Shown here: one piece after another, positions 51,848-64,000 of the stretch
Layout of the letters: each line of letters opens with the position of its first letter
How positions within the stretch are numbered: the first letter of the stretch is position 1
Source: Eledone cirrhosa
Lineage: Eukaryota
Direction: 5' to 3'
Length of the DNA stretch: 64,000 bases
Assembly: GCA_964016885.1 (NCBI GenBank)
Contig: OZ024747.1
Location: 65,720,001 to 65,784,000 of the forward strand
The notes under the pieces: model-generated
Databases searched by the model: none
Seen by the model: only the letters and a program-made list of their open reading frames with translations
What the model was told of the DNA's origin: nothing
Made by a program: the position numbers and the translations under genes

Positions 51848-53494
51848 AAAAACGATATCTATATAACAACCCCACCGTAAAACTACTCTTCCCCACTTTA
51901 CAAACACTTTATATTATTTGTCATTAAGGTTTCTTAAAATAAATATATATACGTATGTGTAGTAATTAGTACGGGGGCTGCTAGAAGGGACGAGTGTGTC
52001 TTGGTGGAGGGCACATGGGACCAGCAAAGTCCTAAAAGTAGAGACCAGTAAATGAGATAAGGTCCTAGCTATGTTAAGAATATAAATAAGAAACATGTTC
52101 TATACATTTAAGAAGACAAGAGAAACATGTTCTATACATTTAAGAAATAATTATTTACCTCTTTCATGTCGGTAATATAGCGGTGTTATAAAACTAATTA
52201 TAACGACCGGTGTTAAAATAGAGAGAGATAGACAGATAAATGTGTGTCACACTCTCACCCTGTCTTTAAATCTTTTACACTATCTATCTCGTGCTTCTCT
52301 CCCTCTCTTTACATCTTTTACTCTATCTCCCTCCTATTTCTATCTGTGTACATATATATGTGTATGTATGTATCTGTCTATGTGTAACTAGGTGTTCTGG
52401 AGCAATATGAAGTGAAGTGTCTTGCTCAAGAAGACATTTTGTGGAGTTATATCATCGTTTCTTGTTATAAAGCTACTTATACTACCGGCGTAACTGTGGC
52501 TATAGGTGAAAGATGTAGAAATAAAAGGCTGTAACAGCGATATAAATATAGATGAAATAGTTTACCACGAGACTAAGAATGAATGTTTAATGGAATTAAG
52601 TGTAATCTAATAGGAAATAAGAGGCTAGAGCAGCGAAATGTTTACGTAAAATAAAAGAACAACAAACAAGAATGCAACATGGACATTTTTGTTTTATTTT
52701 GTCGATATAAGCGTTCGTTTATGCGCGATTTGCCTTGCTGCCGGCGTTGCTCAGTCAGTAGCAGCCCCGCTTACGAACTTCAGGAGCCAACGACTTTACA
52801 TGGTTCGAATCTCACCCTCTCCGCTCTTGTCGAGTTATCTTATCTCCTACTCTTTTTACTTAGTTCCAGGTCATTGAAAAAGAGCAAAGAGGGCGCGGCG
52901 ATCGGCATATGCACTGGCTACAATGTTGAACTTTGGTACTGACTGCGTAGTTGAACGTTCCATATACCAACCGCCCAACTGGCCAGTCAACCGCAAATAC
53001 GGCTGGCTGGCCGGTTGGGTAGTTGGCATATGTACTGGCTACCATGCTGAACATTGGTTTGACTGTCAAGTTGAACGTTCTAACCCTCTCTTTACATCTA
53101 TTACTCTATCTACCGCTTATTTCTCCCCCTCTCTTTACTTCTATAACTCTATCTCCCACTCTCTTTACATCTATTACAGTGTCTCCCTGTATATATACAC
53201 GTATATATGCACTAGATTTTATAAGAAATCTACGTAATAATATAATTAACAATAGTTGATGAATTAGACCAGAGTTAATTAAACAATAAATATGAATGAA
53301 ATGGCAGTAGATGGCGAAACTTGAGTGTTGTGTGTGCATACATATATATGAGGTAAACTGGTTCAAATACTGTCAGGATTATATTGGATCAAAGACTGTA
53401 TTAAATAGAAAGTAAAAAATGAAGTGAAAATATAAAAACAAACTGAAAATTTCCCCATCCCTAGAAAAATTCATATCTTGTTATATATAGATAA
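51848..53494 (+). repeat. 1.65-kb direct duplication, copy 1
   Basis: Aligns to 56509-58165 with scattered substitutions and small indels. Confidence 0.95.
53212..53491 (-). mobile_element. Putative 280-bp non-autonomous Helitron (second copy 57883-58162)
   Basis: Minus strand starts TCTATATATAAC and ends CTAG; flanks are A and T; only an AT-rich terminal hairpin. Confidence 0.45.
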
Positions 53495-53521
53495 TTGGCG
53501 CTTTAAATTGAATAAATATTC

Positions 53522-53525
<4 letters not shown>

Positions 53526-53597
<72 letters not shown>

Positions 53598-53693
53598 GTA
53601 CACTGATATATATGTGTGTGTATATGTGTACATATGTATGTGTATATATATATATATATATATAGATATATATAGATATATATATATATATAT
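53526..53693. repeat. (TA)n microsatellite, followed by a short RTE/SINE-type 3' terminus on the minus strand (53697-53737)
   Basis: Visible; catcatacgtccgcttttccatgcttgcaagggtgg. Confidence 0.85.
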
Positions 53694-54059
53694 AAACTTC
53701 ATCATACGTCCGCTTTTCCATGCTTGCAAGGGTGGAGCCCTTCACTGATCAGGTTTCAACAGTTGATTTCTTCCAGACAAGGAGAGAGAAAGAAATAGAG
53801 AAGAACAACCCCTTATAAAAATACACCCTCACAGACATACATTTACACAAACACACACTCATGATATTGTTCAGTGAATTAAAAATGGGAGGGTAAAACA
53901 AGTATAACGTTTTATTTATTTATTAACAACACAGTTTAACTCATTTGTATAATTAGAAGGAAAACACAAACAAATATAATATATACGAAGGAAAGGGAAA
54001 AATACACAAGCAGGTAATACCCACATCTTAGACCATAGAACAATATGCAGACGAAAGAA

Positions 54060-54294
54060 TGGAAAACGTGCCGCTACCAGAGCAAAAGATAGCAATATAG
54101 CGAGGAGCACTGGGAAGCCTCTCTAATAATATTTGTGGCAGGCCAGCACGCTCGCAGCGTTACCTGGAGTAATGGCGAGGCTGAGGTGCTGGAATAACCA
54201 AGTGCCCTCACGATAATCAACAGTTACCTCTGTTTGGTGAGCCACCAGTGAAGATAAGAAGCTCGCTGTCAGTAGCCCGACTCCCCCAGGCTGG
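54060..54294 (-). pseudogene. CRE 3' fragment, homolog of 18846-19062
   Basis: Minus strand TWLFQHLSLAITPGNAASVLAC. Confidence 0.72.
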
Positions 54295-54699
54295 ATATTG
54301 TAGTTAGCTGACAGAACACGGTATTTTAGGATTTTGTTCCATTCAGCTGCGGATGCTGTAGCTCCCGCCCTTACCGCTGCATCCAGAATGTGGGAAGAAG
54401 CAAAAGAATCACTAACTGTGACGTCCCAGGTAAGGCACCTGCCTCTTGACCGTGAAGTCTTTTCCCATCAATTCTGGACAACCCAGACGGTTTCAAAATT
54501 GAGGGGATGTATGCCCGGGCCAAAGCTCATGAGTGGTAATAGGACAGTGTGTGTATGTGAACGTGCGAGTTTGTCGGCGTTCTTAAATTAGAGACACGTG
54601 TGTGTCACTGTTTTTAAGTTAGACATATGTGTGTATCCCTTTCCTTCCTTTTACACACACATACACATTGTGTGATGGACGGGTGGACAGAAGTCCCTC

Positions 54700-55347
54700 A
54701 AATTTATATACATGTGAATGAAGTTCTACTGAAGCAGGTAGAGAGATTCAAGTATCTTGGAGCTGTGTTCATGAGTGATGGAATGCAGGATGCTAAATTA
54801 AGTGCAAGAACTGCAAAAGCTGATGCAGTAATGCCTCAGCATTCAGCAATCAGAAGAAAGGGGGTAGGTGTAAAAGCCAAACTCGATGTCTTCCTGGTAC
54901 TCCTGCCAACTCTTACCGAGGATCATGAATCTGGAGTAATGACCAAAAGAATACAATTGCAAATAAATGTGGCAGAAATGGGATTCCTCCGAAGGTTCTT
55001 TGGAGTAACGTTACTCGATAAAGTGCATAACCCAGAGAACAGTCACTCCTGGTAGAGCTACTAATTCTCTGAATTGAGAGATCCCAACTCTGATATTATG
55101 AGTATGTGGTTAGAATGTCTCAGTAAAGAATCGCTGGACACATTTTTACAGGCAAAACCAACCGTCAAGAGACTCAGAGGTAGACCCTGAGCAAGATAGT
55201 TGGATAACATCCATGAGCTTAGCTGGTCACGCTTTGGGATCCAGCTGCATCAGTTAGAGATGTTTGCTACTGACAGACTCGCTGGAAGAGTGTTTGAGAA
55301 GGACTCTGCCCCCACGACCCTATCAGAAATAAGTGGGCGAAGAAAAA
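54700..55347 (+). pseudogene. RTE-clade (Rex3/Expander-like) LINE 3' fragment
   Basis: LKQVERFKYLGAVFMSDG, VAEMGFLRRFFGVTLLDKV, RGRP. Confidence 0.82.
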
Positions 55348-55889
55348 GATATTGTCAATTTACTTTTCAATTTACATATATATATATTTGCTTATATATA
55401 TTTACATATATATATATTTGCACACTACACATGCTAGCAGATATATCGATATATAAAAAACAGAAACAATAACAAATATATATACTCTTAAAAATAAAAT
55501 TAAAATTAAATTACTTAATTAGCTTTCTATATCCTGTTACGACAAACACGTGTCTCGTCGGAAATATCTAAGAGACCTAAAATAAATCCCGTAAACGAGA
55601 AAATTGAAAAATAATCACGTCTAAATATATGTACTTACCTTTTACAGGTATTGTTGATGAAGGTAATGAGTTAACTCCGGTAAAAATCCAAGATTTGTGT
55701 CGATTAGAATTTCACTTTGGCAGAGAGAAAGGAATGCAGTCTGTGTATCTAAGCAATACATATATTTATGTCTCTCTCTCTCTCTCTCATATCTCTCTCT
55801 CTCTCTCTCTCATATATATGAGAGATACCCTAACCCTACTCACGTAAATAACTACAAATGAAAATTCTATTAAAAAAATTATAATTTCA

Positions 55890-56175
55890 AGGGAATTAAC
55901 TATATTTTACCATTTGGTTCTCTCCCTTTGTGAGTGTGTTTTATTTACGTATTCAGACAGTCAGCCATACAGACACACAATATGAGTGCGCGACGTTGTA
56001 TCTATTTATCTATCTAATTACTTGTCAGTTAAAACATTGCCTTTCTTTTCATATATTAGAGAGAGCCGCAATGTTGAATTTCTTTACCTTATGTAAGTGT
56101 ATGGGAAAGAAAGAGAGAGAGAAGAGATGTATGGAAGAGAGAGACAGAGACTAAAAGAGAAAGAGGCAGAGAGAG
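55890..56175. repeat. Interspersed repeat of unassigned family ending in (GA)n (related copies ~62955-63092 and ~63763-64000)
   Basis: Shared ttggttctctccctt...ttcagacag.cagccatacaga...atatgag...gtatcta...gccttt/ttttctttt blocks. Confidence 0.6.
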
Positions 56176-56241
56176 AATGGTTGCTGTTATATATATACAT
56201 TTCTGTCTCTATCTTTATATATATAAAGAATAATTATTTCT

Positions 56242-56412
56242 ACTTTTGGCACAAGGCCAGCAATCACCCAGTGCATTACTGGTACTTTATTTTATCGATC
56301 CTGTAAGGATGAAAGGCAAAGTCAACCTCGGCGGGATTTGAACTCAGATCGTAAAGGGACGTAACTATGCTGGAAAGCATGGTGTCTGACCCTCTACCGA
56401 TACTGTCAATCC
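56242..56412 (-). mobile_element. Nin/Deu-domain tRNA SINE
   Basis: Minus strand B box gagttcaaatccc followed by gttgactttgcctttcatcc...gatcgataaaataaagtaccag. Confidence 0.75.
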
Positions 56413-56508
56413 ATATATAAAGAATTTCAACCGACAGCGATTCATCCCGAGAGTGTGGGGGCTCTAGAATCAGGAATCTTAAAATTTTCTGAAGAAGAGT
56501 CTTTATGG

Positions 56509-58165
56509 AAAAACGATATCTATATAACAACCCCACCGTAAAACTACTCTTCCCCACTTTACAAACACTTTATATTATTTGTCATTAAGGTTTCTTAAAA
56601 TAAATATATATACGTATGTGTAGTAATTAGTACGGGGGCTGCTAGAAGGGACGAGTGTGTCTTGGTGGAGGGCACATGGGACCAGCAAAGTCCTAAAAGT
56701 AGAGACCAGTAAATGAGATAAGGTCCTAGCTATGTTAAGAATATAAATAAGAAACATGTTCTATACATTTAAGAAGACAAGAGAAACATGTTCTATACAT
56801 TTAAGAAATAATTATTTACCTCTTTCATGTCGGTAATATAGCGGTGTTATAAAACTAATTATAACGACCGGTGTTAAAATAGAGAGAGATAGACAGATAA
56901 ATGTGTGTCACACTCTCACCCTCTCTTTAAATCTTTTACACTATCTAACTCGTCCTTCTCCCACTCTCTTTACATCTTTTACTCTATCTCCCTCTCTTTA
57001 CATCTACCTCTTATTTCTATCTGTGTACATATATATGTGTATGTATGTATCTGTCTATGTGTAACTAGGTGTTCTGGAGCAATATGAAGTGAAGTGTCTT
57101 GCTCAAGAAGACATTTTGTGGAGTTATATCATCGTTTCTTGTTATAAAGCTACTTATACTACCGGCGTAACTGTGGCTATAGGTGAAAGATGTAGAAATA
57201 AAAGGCTGTAACAGCGATATAAATATAGATGAAATAGTTTACCACGAGACTAAGAATGAATTTTTAATGGAATTAAGTGTAATCTAATAGGAAATAAGAG
57301 GCTAGAGCAGCGAAATGTTTACATAAAATAAAAGAACAACAAACAAGAGTGTATCATGGAAATTTCTTTTTTTTTTTTTCGATATAAGCGTTATTTTATG
57401 CGCGATTTGCCTTGCTGCCGGCGTTGCTCAGTCAGTAGCAGCCCCGCTTACGAACTTCAGGAGCCAACGACTTTACATGGTTCGAATCTCACCCTCTCCG
57501 CTCTTCTCGAGTTATCTCCTACTCTTTTTACTTAGTTCCAGGTCATTGAAAAAGAGCATAGAGGGCGCGGCGATCGGCATATGCACTGGCTACAATGTTG
57601 AACTTTGGTACTGACTGCGTTGTTGAAGTTCCATATACCAACCGCCCAACTGGCCAGTCAACCGCAAATACGGCTGGCTGGCCGGTTGGGTAGTTGGCAT
57701 ATGTACTGGCTACCATGCTGAACATTGGTTTGACTGTCAAGTTGAACGTTCTAACCCTCTCTTTACATCTATTACTCTATCTACCGCTTATTTCTCCCCC
57801 TCTCTTTACTTCTATAACTCTATCTCCCACTCTCTTTACATCTATTACAGTGTCTCCCTGTATATATACACGTATATATGCACTAGATTTTATAAGAAAT
57901 CTACGTAATAATATAATTAACAATAGTTGATGAATTAGACCAGAGTTAATTAAACAATAAATATGAATGAAATGGCAGTAGATGGCGAAACTTGAGTGTT
58001 GTGTGTGCATACATATATATGAGGTAAACTGGTTCAAATACTGTCAGGATTATATTGGATCAAAGACTGTATTAAATAGAAAGTAAAAAATGAAGTGAAA
58101 ATATAAAAACAAACTGAAAATTTCCCCATCCCTAGAAAAATTCATATCTTGTTATATATAGATAA
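56509..58165 (+). repeat. 1.65-kb direct duplication, copy 2
   Basis: Aligns to 51848-53494. Confidence 0.95.
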
Positions 58166-58695
58166 CTAGCAAATGACCCCCGTCCATTGGACGGTGTCAG
58201 TTCTTGGTAGGGCTGCAATGTTAATGGTCAATTTCCGTGTTGTATGTTTAACTTGGAGGATAATTTTACCTGATCAACTCTTTCAATAAAAAAAAATGAG
58301 ACGGTATTCAAAAAGAGCAAGTTTTATTTACAGATATGTGTCATTAAAATGTGAACATAGAGAAATGTATCGTTAGCCGTGTCGGTTGACCAATGTGTAT
58401 TTTAAAACATCCATCATGTACACACACACACAAACACATACACAGACACACATACACACACATACACACAAACACACACACATACACACACACACATACG
58501 CACACAATCCCAAGCCGTGACGTTGTGGAAGAGGGAGAGTTAAGAAGTGTAATAAATAAGTTAAAATTATAAACGCTGTATTTATCATATTCGCGTCACA
58601 CACACTCCTCTCTTTCTTTATTTTACTCTCTCTCTCTCACTCCTCTCTTTCTATCTCCCTCTCACACATCCTTCTCTCTCTGGCCGTTATGGAAA

Positions 58696-58769
<74 letters not shown>

Positions 58770-59065
58770 GCACATACACATACAATCCCATAACGTCGTG
58801 TTGTGGAAGGGGGACAGTTAAGAAGTGTGTAAAAGGAACGCTCTCTCTCTTTATGGCCGTCATGGAATTTGTTAGTGCAAAAGTCTATAAGATTATAAAA
58901 TCGAAGTTTGTGACTTCGAAATTAATCATTATGAAATAATTTTTTCTTGATGTTACAAACCGTAGCCTATTTTGGCTATGTGTTTAATTTGACAGAGATC
59001 GATGGAATATTTTCCAAGTGAAACTCTTTTACACACACACACAGAACGGGAATTATATATATAGA
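58166..59065 (-). mobile_element. 900-bp non-autonomous Helitron
   Basis: Minus strand 5' TCTATATATATAATTCCC; 3' hairpin CCGTCCAATGGACGG then CTAG|T; both ends shared with 59066-62481. Confidence 0.92.
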
Positions 59066-59336
59066 CTAGCAAATGACCCCCGTCATTGGACGGTGTCAGT
59101 TCTTGGTAGGGCTGCAATGTTAATGGTCAATTTCCGTGTTGTATGTTTAACTTGGAGGATAATTTTACCTGATCAACTCTTTCAATAAAAAAAAATGAGA
59201 CGGTATTCAAAAAGAGCAAGTTTTATTTACAGATATGTGTCATTAAAATGTGAACATAGAGAAATGTATCGTTAGACGTGTCGGTTGAACAATGTGTAAT
59301 TTTTTTTTATTAATAACCGAAAGACAAACAGTAAAT

Positions 59337-60951
59337 GAGACCTGATGTCAAACCATTTTGGATTGCATGTAAAGGTGATAAAAAGATCAGGACGGCCACA
59401 ATGGCGGACATAGGTCAGAGCATCCTGCATTTTTTCATGCATGTAACGGGGGCCTCCAGTGTATGATGATGGGAGAATGACAGAAAGCCCAACATCCGAA
59501 GCATTAGCCTGATCATTTCGGTTTACTTCGTCACGTAGATTGCCGTATTCTTCTGAACGCAGTTCCTTTTGATGATGTCTTATCCATTGGAGGCGTTCAG
59601 TGTCAATCTTAGCAAATATGTCTACACAGTATTGATTGAGGAGCATCCGTGTTCTATGCAGAATGTTGACGTCGTTTTTGCGAAACATAAGTCTAAATGC
59701 ATAAAATTCCATTTGTGAAATGGTTTTCCCTGGTGTAAGATGCATTAAACTTACAGGATTACACTTTTGCAAATCAATGCTGTAGCCATCGTCGCCAAAG
59801 GGGAACAGCAATGGATACTGGAGAGCATCATATGCGGGATGAAGTTCATTTATTTTTTGAAGATGCGAGTCCTGCCATTCAATAACAATATCACGGTTTG
59901 AAGCGCTCTGATTAGGACGTGTTATAATCACCGCAACTTTATCGGTTTGGGGTCTATTAAAGCAACCCTGATGCTGCCCTGGTGGAGCGCGGTCATTTCG
60001 AATGACAACCTTGTATTGATTGTTGTTAGCATCTCTACGTTGTAAAGCAGTTTTGAAAATGGTGATGTACGGGTTTATGGAATGAAGCATATATTGAAGG
60101 GGCTGCAGAAGAGAAGGTGTCGTTCCTTTAGCAACTGAAGCCCTTCGTGCAATTTCTTCAGGTCCGTTGCCCATAAAGTAGATCTGGAGAAAACTGTGTT
60201 CTTTGCCATCTTGTGAAATAAGTGATCCTATTTGATGGTAAATTTGGCTTTGCACTTTAAATGTGGGCATATGATTCCCATCTTTTTATTGTTGTATGAC
60301 CAAAGCTTGTCATTTGGAAAGCCGAATTGTAGGCTCTTATATTTCTGAAAAAGTGTTTAGAATCAGGGTGGTCTCCAAGCAGCAGAGAATTCAAAGGTTC
60401 GGCACCGACTTGTAAATAAGGCAATGTAACCGTTCCATTGGAGCAACATATACCGGTAGATTCAGCTGGCCACCTCATTGCATTACAATGGACGCAAACA
60501 GTTGACATACTACCAATGATGATATGTGGATGGGATGCGTAGTCCTCTTGGGGTTGTATTGAAAACCTTTCTTAGACCAGTAACAGGAAGAATCCCTCGG
60601 AAAGACATAAGTACGCATTTTCCGTTGAGAATCAGCCGCAAGCCTTGTTGCCCTTTGGTCAACAGTCTCTAAAGCACGGCTATTGGAATTAGAAGCAGCA
60701 TTGCGAGCACGCCGGAGTTCTGCTTGTTCAGCTTTCTGTAATGCTCTGATGTTCAAAGTAGAGGCAGCATTGTGAGCACGCTGGAGTTCTGCTTGTTCAG
60801 TTGTTTGTAATGCTCTGGCGATCGAGGTAGAAGCAGCATTGCGAGCACGCCGTAGCACACAATGTTCTTCTGTTTCGCTTGCGCGCAAAGAACGCAAAGC
60901 AAAAGCATTTTTTGTTTTTTTTTCAATGTTACTCTTTCTTTTTCGAGGCAT
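59337..60951 (-). pseudogene. Helitron RepHel N-terminal half (STPR-like repeats, Zn finger, up to Rep motif 1); two frameshifts; no HUH motif or PIF1 helicase
   Basis: MPRKRKS, ETEEHCVLRRARNAA repeats, CVHCNAMRW..ICCSNG, YNSAFQMTSFG, FLQIYF, YDALQYPLLFP, ILPSSYTGGPRYM, PDLFITFTCNPKW. Confidence 0.93.
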
Positions 60952-61292
60952 TCTACCGAAAATATGTAATTGAATAAAGCTGATACAAATCAATTAAGAA
61001 ATAAATAGTTGTGTACAATGTGTAAATTTTTGTAATAATAAGCAAGACGAAAAAGTATATTTTATCATCTGCTTTTTCTACACGGGAATTATATATTAGA
61101 TTTTCATACTTACAAAATAATTTTGCTAATATCGTGTTTAGCAGTGTCGGTTGTAAATATTTGATTAAAAAACAAAAGACAAACAGTAAATATATTTCAA
61201 CCTCTGAATAAGTATTAAAGAAATGACGATTTTCACTTTGAAAATATGATTTATGACATCAAAACTGCTTTAGAGTTTAATTTTTGAATAAA

Positions 61293-61410
61293 AAGTATCG
61301 TCTGTTATTTCTTACAATTAACACATTTATACACACACATGCGCACACACATACGCACGTACACACACACACAAACACATACACACACAAACATACACAT
61401 ATACACACAA

Positions 61411-61442
<32 letters not shown>

Positions 61443-61990
61443 ACACAATCCCAAGACGTGACGTTGTGGAAGGGGGAGAGTTAAGTGTAATAAATAAGTT
61501 AAAATTATAAACACTGTATTTATCGCTAAAGTATCGTCTGTTATTTCTTACAATTAACACATTTATACACATACACACACACATGCACACATGCACACAC
61601 ATACGCACGTACACACACACACAAACACATACACACACATACACACACAAACACACACACATACACACACATATACGCACACAATCCCAAAACGTGACGT
61701 TGTGGAAGGGGGAGAGTTAAGAAGTGTAATAAATAAGTTAAAATTATAAACACTGTATTTATCGCTAAAGTATCGTCTGTTATTTCTTACAATTAACACA
61801 TTTATACACATACACACACACATGCACACACGCACACACATACGCACGTACACACACACAAACACACACACAAACACACACACATACACACACACACATA
61901 CGCACACAATCCCAAGACGTGACGTTGTGGAACGGGGAGAGTTAAGAAGTGTAATAAATAAGTTAAAATTATAAACGCTGTATTTATCAT
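61293..61990. repeat. Three ~235-bp tandem repeats with internal (CA)n inside the Helitron
   Basis: aaagtatcgtctgttatttcttacaattaacac at ~61293, 61528 and 61767. Confidence 0.9.
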
Positions 61991-62096
61991 ATTCGCGTCA
62001 CACACACTCCTCTCTTTCTTTATTTTACTCTCTCTCTCTCACTCCTCTCTTTCTATCTCCCTCTCACACACCCTTCTCTCTCTGGCCGTTATGGAA

Positions 62097-62140
<44 letters not shown>

Positions 62141-62561
62141 CACGCACACATACACACACAAACACATACACACACATATACACACGCACATACACATACA
62201 ATCCCATAACGTCGTGTTGTGGAAGGGGGACAGTTAAGAAGTGTGTAAAAGGAACGCTCTCTCTCTTTATGGCCGTCATGGAATTTGTTAGTGCAAAAGT
62301 CTATAAGATTATAAAATCGAAGTTTGTGACTTCGAAATTAATCATTATGAAATAATTTTTTCTTTATGTTACAAACCGTAGCCTATTTTGGCTATGTGTT
62401 TAATTTGACAGAGATGGATGGAATATTTTCCAAGTGAAACTCTTTTACACACACACACAGAAAGGGAATTATATATATAGATTTATTAAAATAACAGATT
62501 AAAGTTTAAGCAAAGAATCGCTGCTTTCACCCTTAACGGGATCTTCTGAAACTCACATACA

Positions 62562-62592
<31 letters not shown>

Positions 62593-62799
62593 GTATGTAT
62601 GTGCATATATATGTATGTGTATATATATATATATATATATGCATATCTGCGTATGCGCGTGTGTGTGTGAATGTGGCGAAGATAATACGTCATTGCTGAC
62701 GTCATTGATCATAATGTCGTTATGCAGACAGCCAGACATACAAACAGATATTATAAGGGCACGATGGAGATCGATAACTGGCGCCTAACACCTCTTTAA

Positions 62800-62953
62800 C
62801 AACAGAAAATTGAAAAATAAAAGCTGCAGTTAATATCTTTAGACCACAAGGAATATATAAATGCAAGTTTGAAGCCAATCAGAGTAGAAATGTGGATTTG
62901 TATAGACTTTGCAAAAATGAGGAGACACACACACACAGTTTTATATATATAGA
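62800..62953 (-). mobile_element. 5' end of another non-autonomous Helitron-like element
   Basis: Minus strand A|TCTATATATATAAAACTGTGTGTGTG. Confidence 0.5.
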
Positions 62954-63925
62954 TGATATGAGTGTGCGGCGTTGTATCTATATCTTTCTAATTATGTCAC
63001 TTAAAACAGTGCCTTTCTTTTCACATTTTAGAAATGACACACTGTTCAATTATATGACCTTATAGAAGTGTCTAGAAAAGAGAGAGAGAGAGATTAAGCA
63101 TACCTTATGGTTTGGCACCACTGGGTCGGGCCTCTTTTCGTGGCAGGGTTTCCTTAGCTCCAGGGACGTATTTCTCAAAACCATCTGGTACATTGCTGTT
63201 GTGTAGCAGAGCCCAGTCCTTCATTAGGGACAACAACGGCCGTGGTGAAGCAGTTACATATTTAGAGGTAACGTAGGAATGACGATATATCTGAAATAGA
63301 GATTTTAGGGGTTATAAAGGGCCAGGGTTAAAGGTGGGGTAGATATGATATATCTGAATATATAGAATGGTGGTGTTGGTGGTGATGTAGTGTGATGGTG
63401 GTAGTGTAGTATGGCGGTGTTATAGTGTCTGGTAGTGCTGTAGTGTGTGGTAGTGTTCTAATGTAGGTTCAGTATGTGATGGTGGGGCTTCAATGGTTAG
63501 TGTGCTGCACTCATAAACATAAGATCAAAATCTAGGTCTGGCAGCACATTGTATTAATAAGCCAGTTGCTTCATTTCAAGTTTTTCGGGATAGAACTGGA
63601 GTCTATCATTACAACAACCGGGAAACCTCCTATGTGAGGACACCCTTGTCCATCTACCTATCTATATACATAGATCCACACACATAAATGTTTATGGATC
63701 TGTGTTTTTGTGTATGAAAAAAATGGAAAAAATTAAAATCTCAAGTTAGGCTACTCTATAATTTAACTATTTGGTTCTCTCCCTTGTTGGGTGTGGGTGT
63801 GTTTTATTTAGAAAGTTCAGACAGACAGCCATACAGATACATGATATGAGGGCGACGCGTCGTATCAATGTATCTAATTATTTGTCACTTCAAAGCTTGC
63901 TTTTCTTTTAACATTAAGTGTATTG

Positions 63926-63927
63926 GA

Positions 63928-64000
<73 letters not shown>
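63926..64000. repeat. (GA)n microsatellite
   Basis: Directly visible. Confidence 0.97.

Larger units (their letters stand above)
59066..62481 (-). mobile_element. 3.4-kb composite defective Helitron
   Basis: A|TC 5' end at 62481, hairpin + CTAG at 59066, internal RepHel fragment and CA-rich tandem repeats. Confidence 0.92.

Noticed and set aside
55625-55700. Minus-strand splice donor AAG|GTAAGT
   Set aside because: Isolated, with no convincing acceptor or ORF to define an exon

Overview
AT-rich animal (eukaryotic) DNA made almost entirely of transposon relics, microsatellites and local duplications. No intact host gene, rRNA, true tRNA or CRISPR array is supported. The repeat mix (RTE LINEs, CORE- and Nin-type tRNA SINEs, long (TATG)n tracts) suggests a mollusc, probably a cephalopod; this is inference. 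Layout: (1) 1-12024, a near-perfect tandem array of ~3.7-kb units built from RTE fragments. (2) 12025-20230, RTE, Tigger/pogo, Gypsy, Merlin and CRE debris. (3) 20232-39695, a nearly full-length RTE whose RT carries an embedded PHD finger, overlapping a second tandem array (~3.57-kb units of RTE 5' half + microsatellite + 20-bp minisatellite + SINE). One unit carries a 2-kb cassette that starts with a degenerate HDV-like ribozyme candidate. (4) 40-51.7 kb, RTE, CR1, a MITE, Helitron, R4/Dong and CRE relics. (5) 51.8-64 kb, a 1.65-kb duplication with a long hairpin, plus a nest of co-oriented Helitrons including an exact head-to-tail CTAG|TC junction. All coding calls come from visual motif recognition; no database searches were run.
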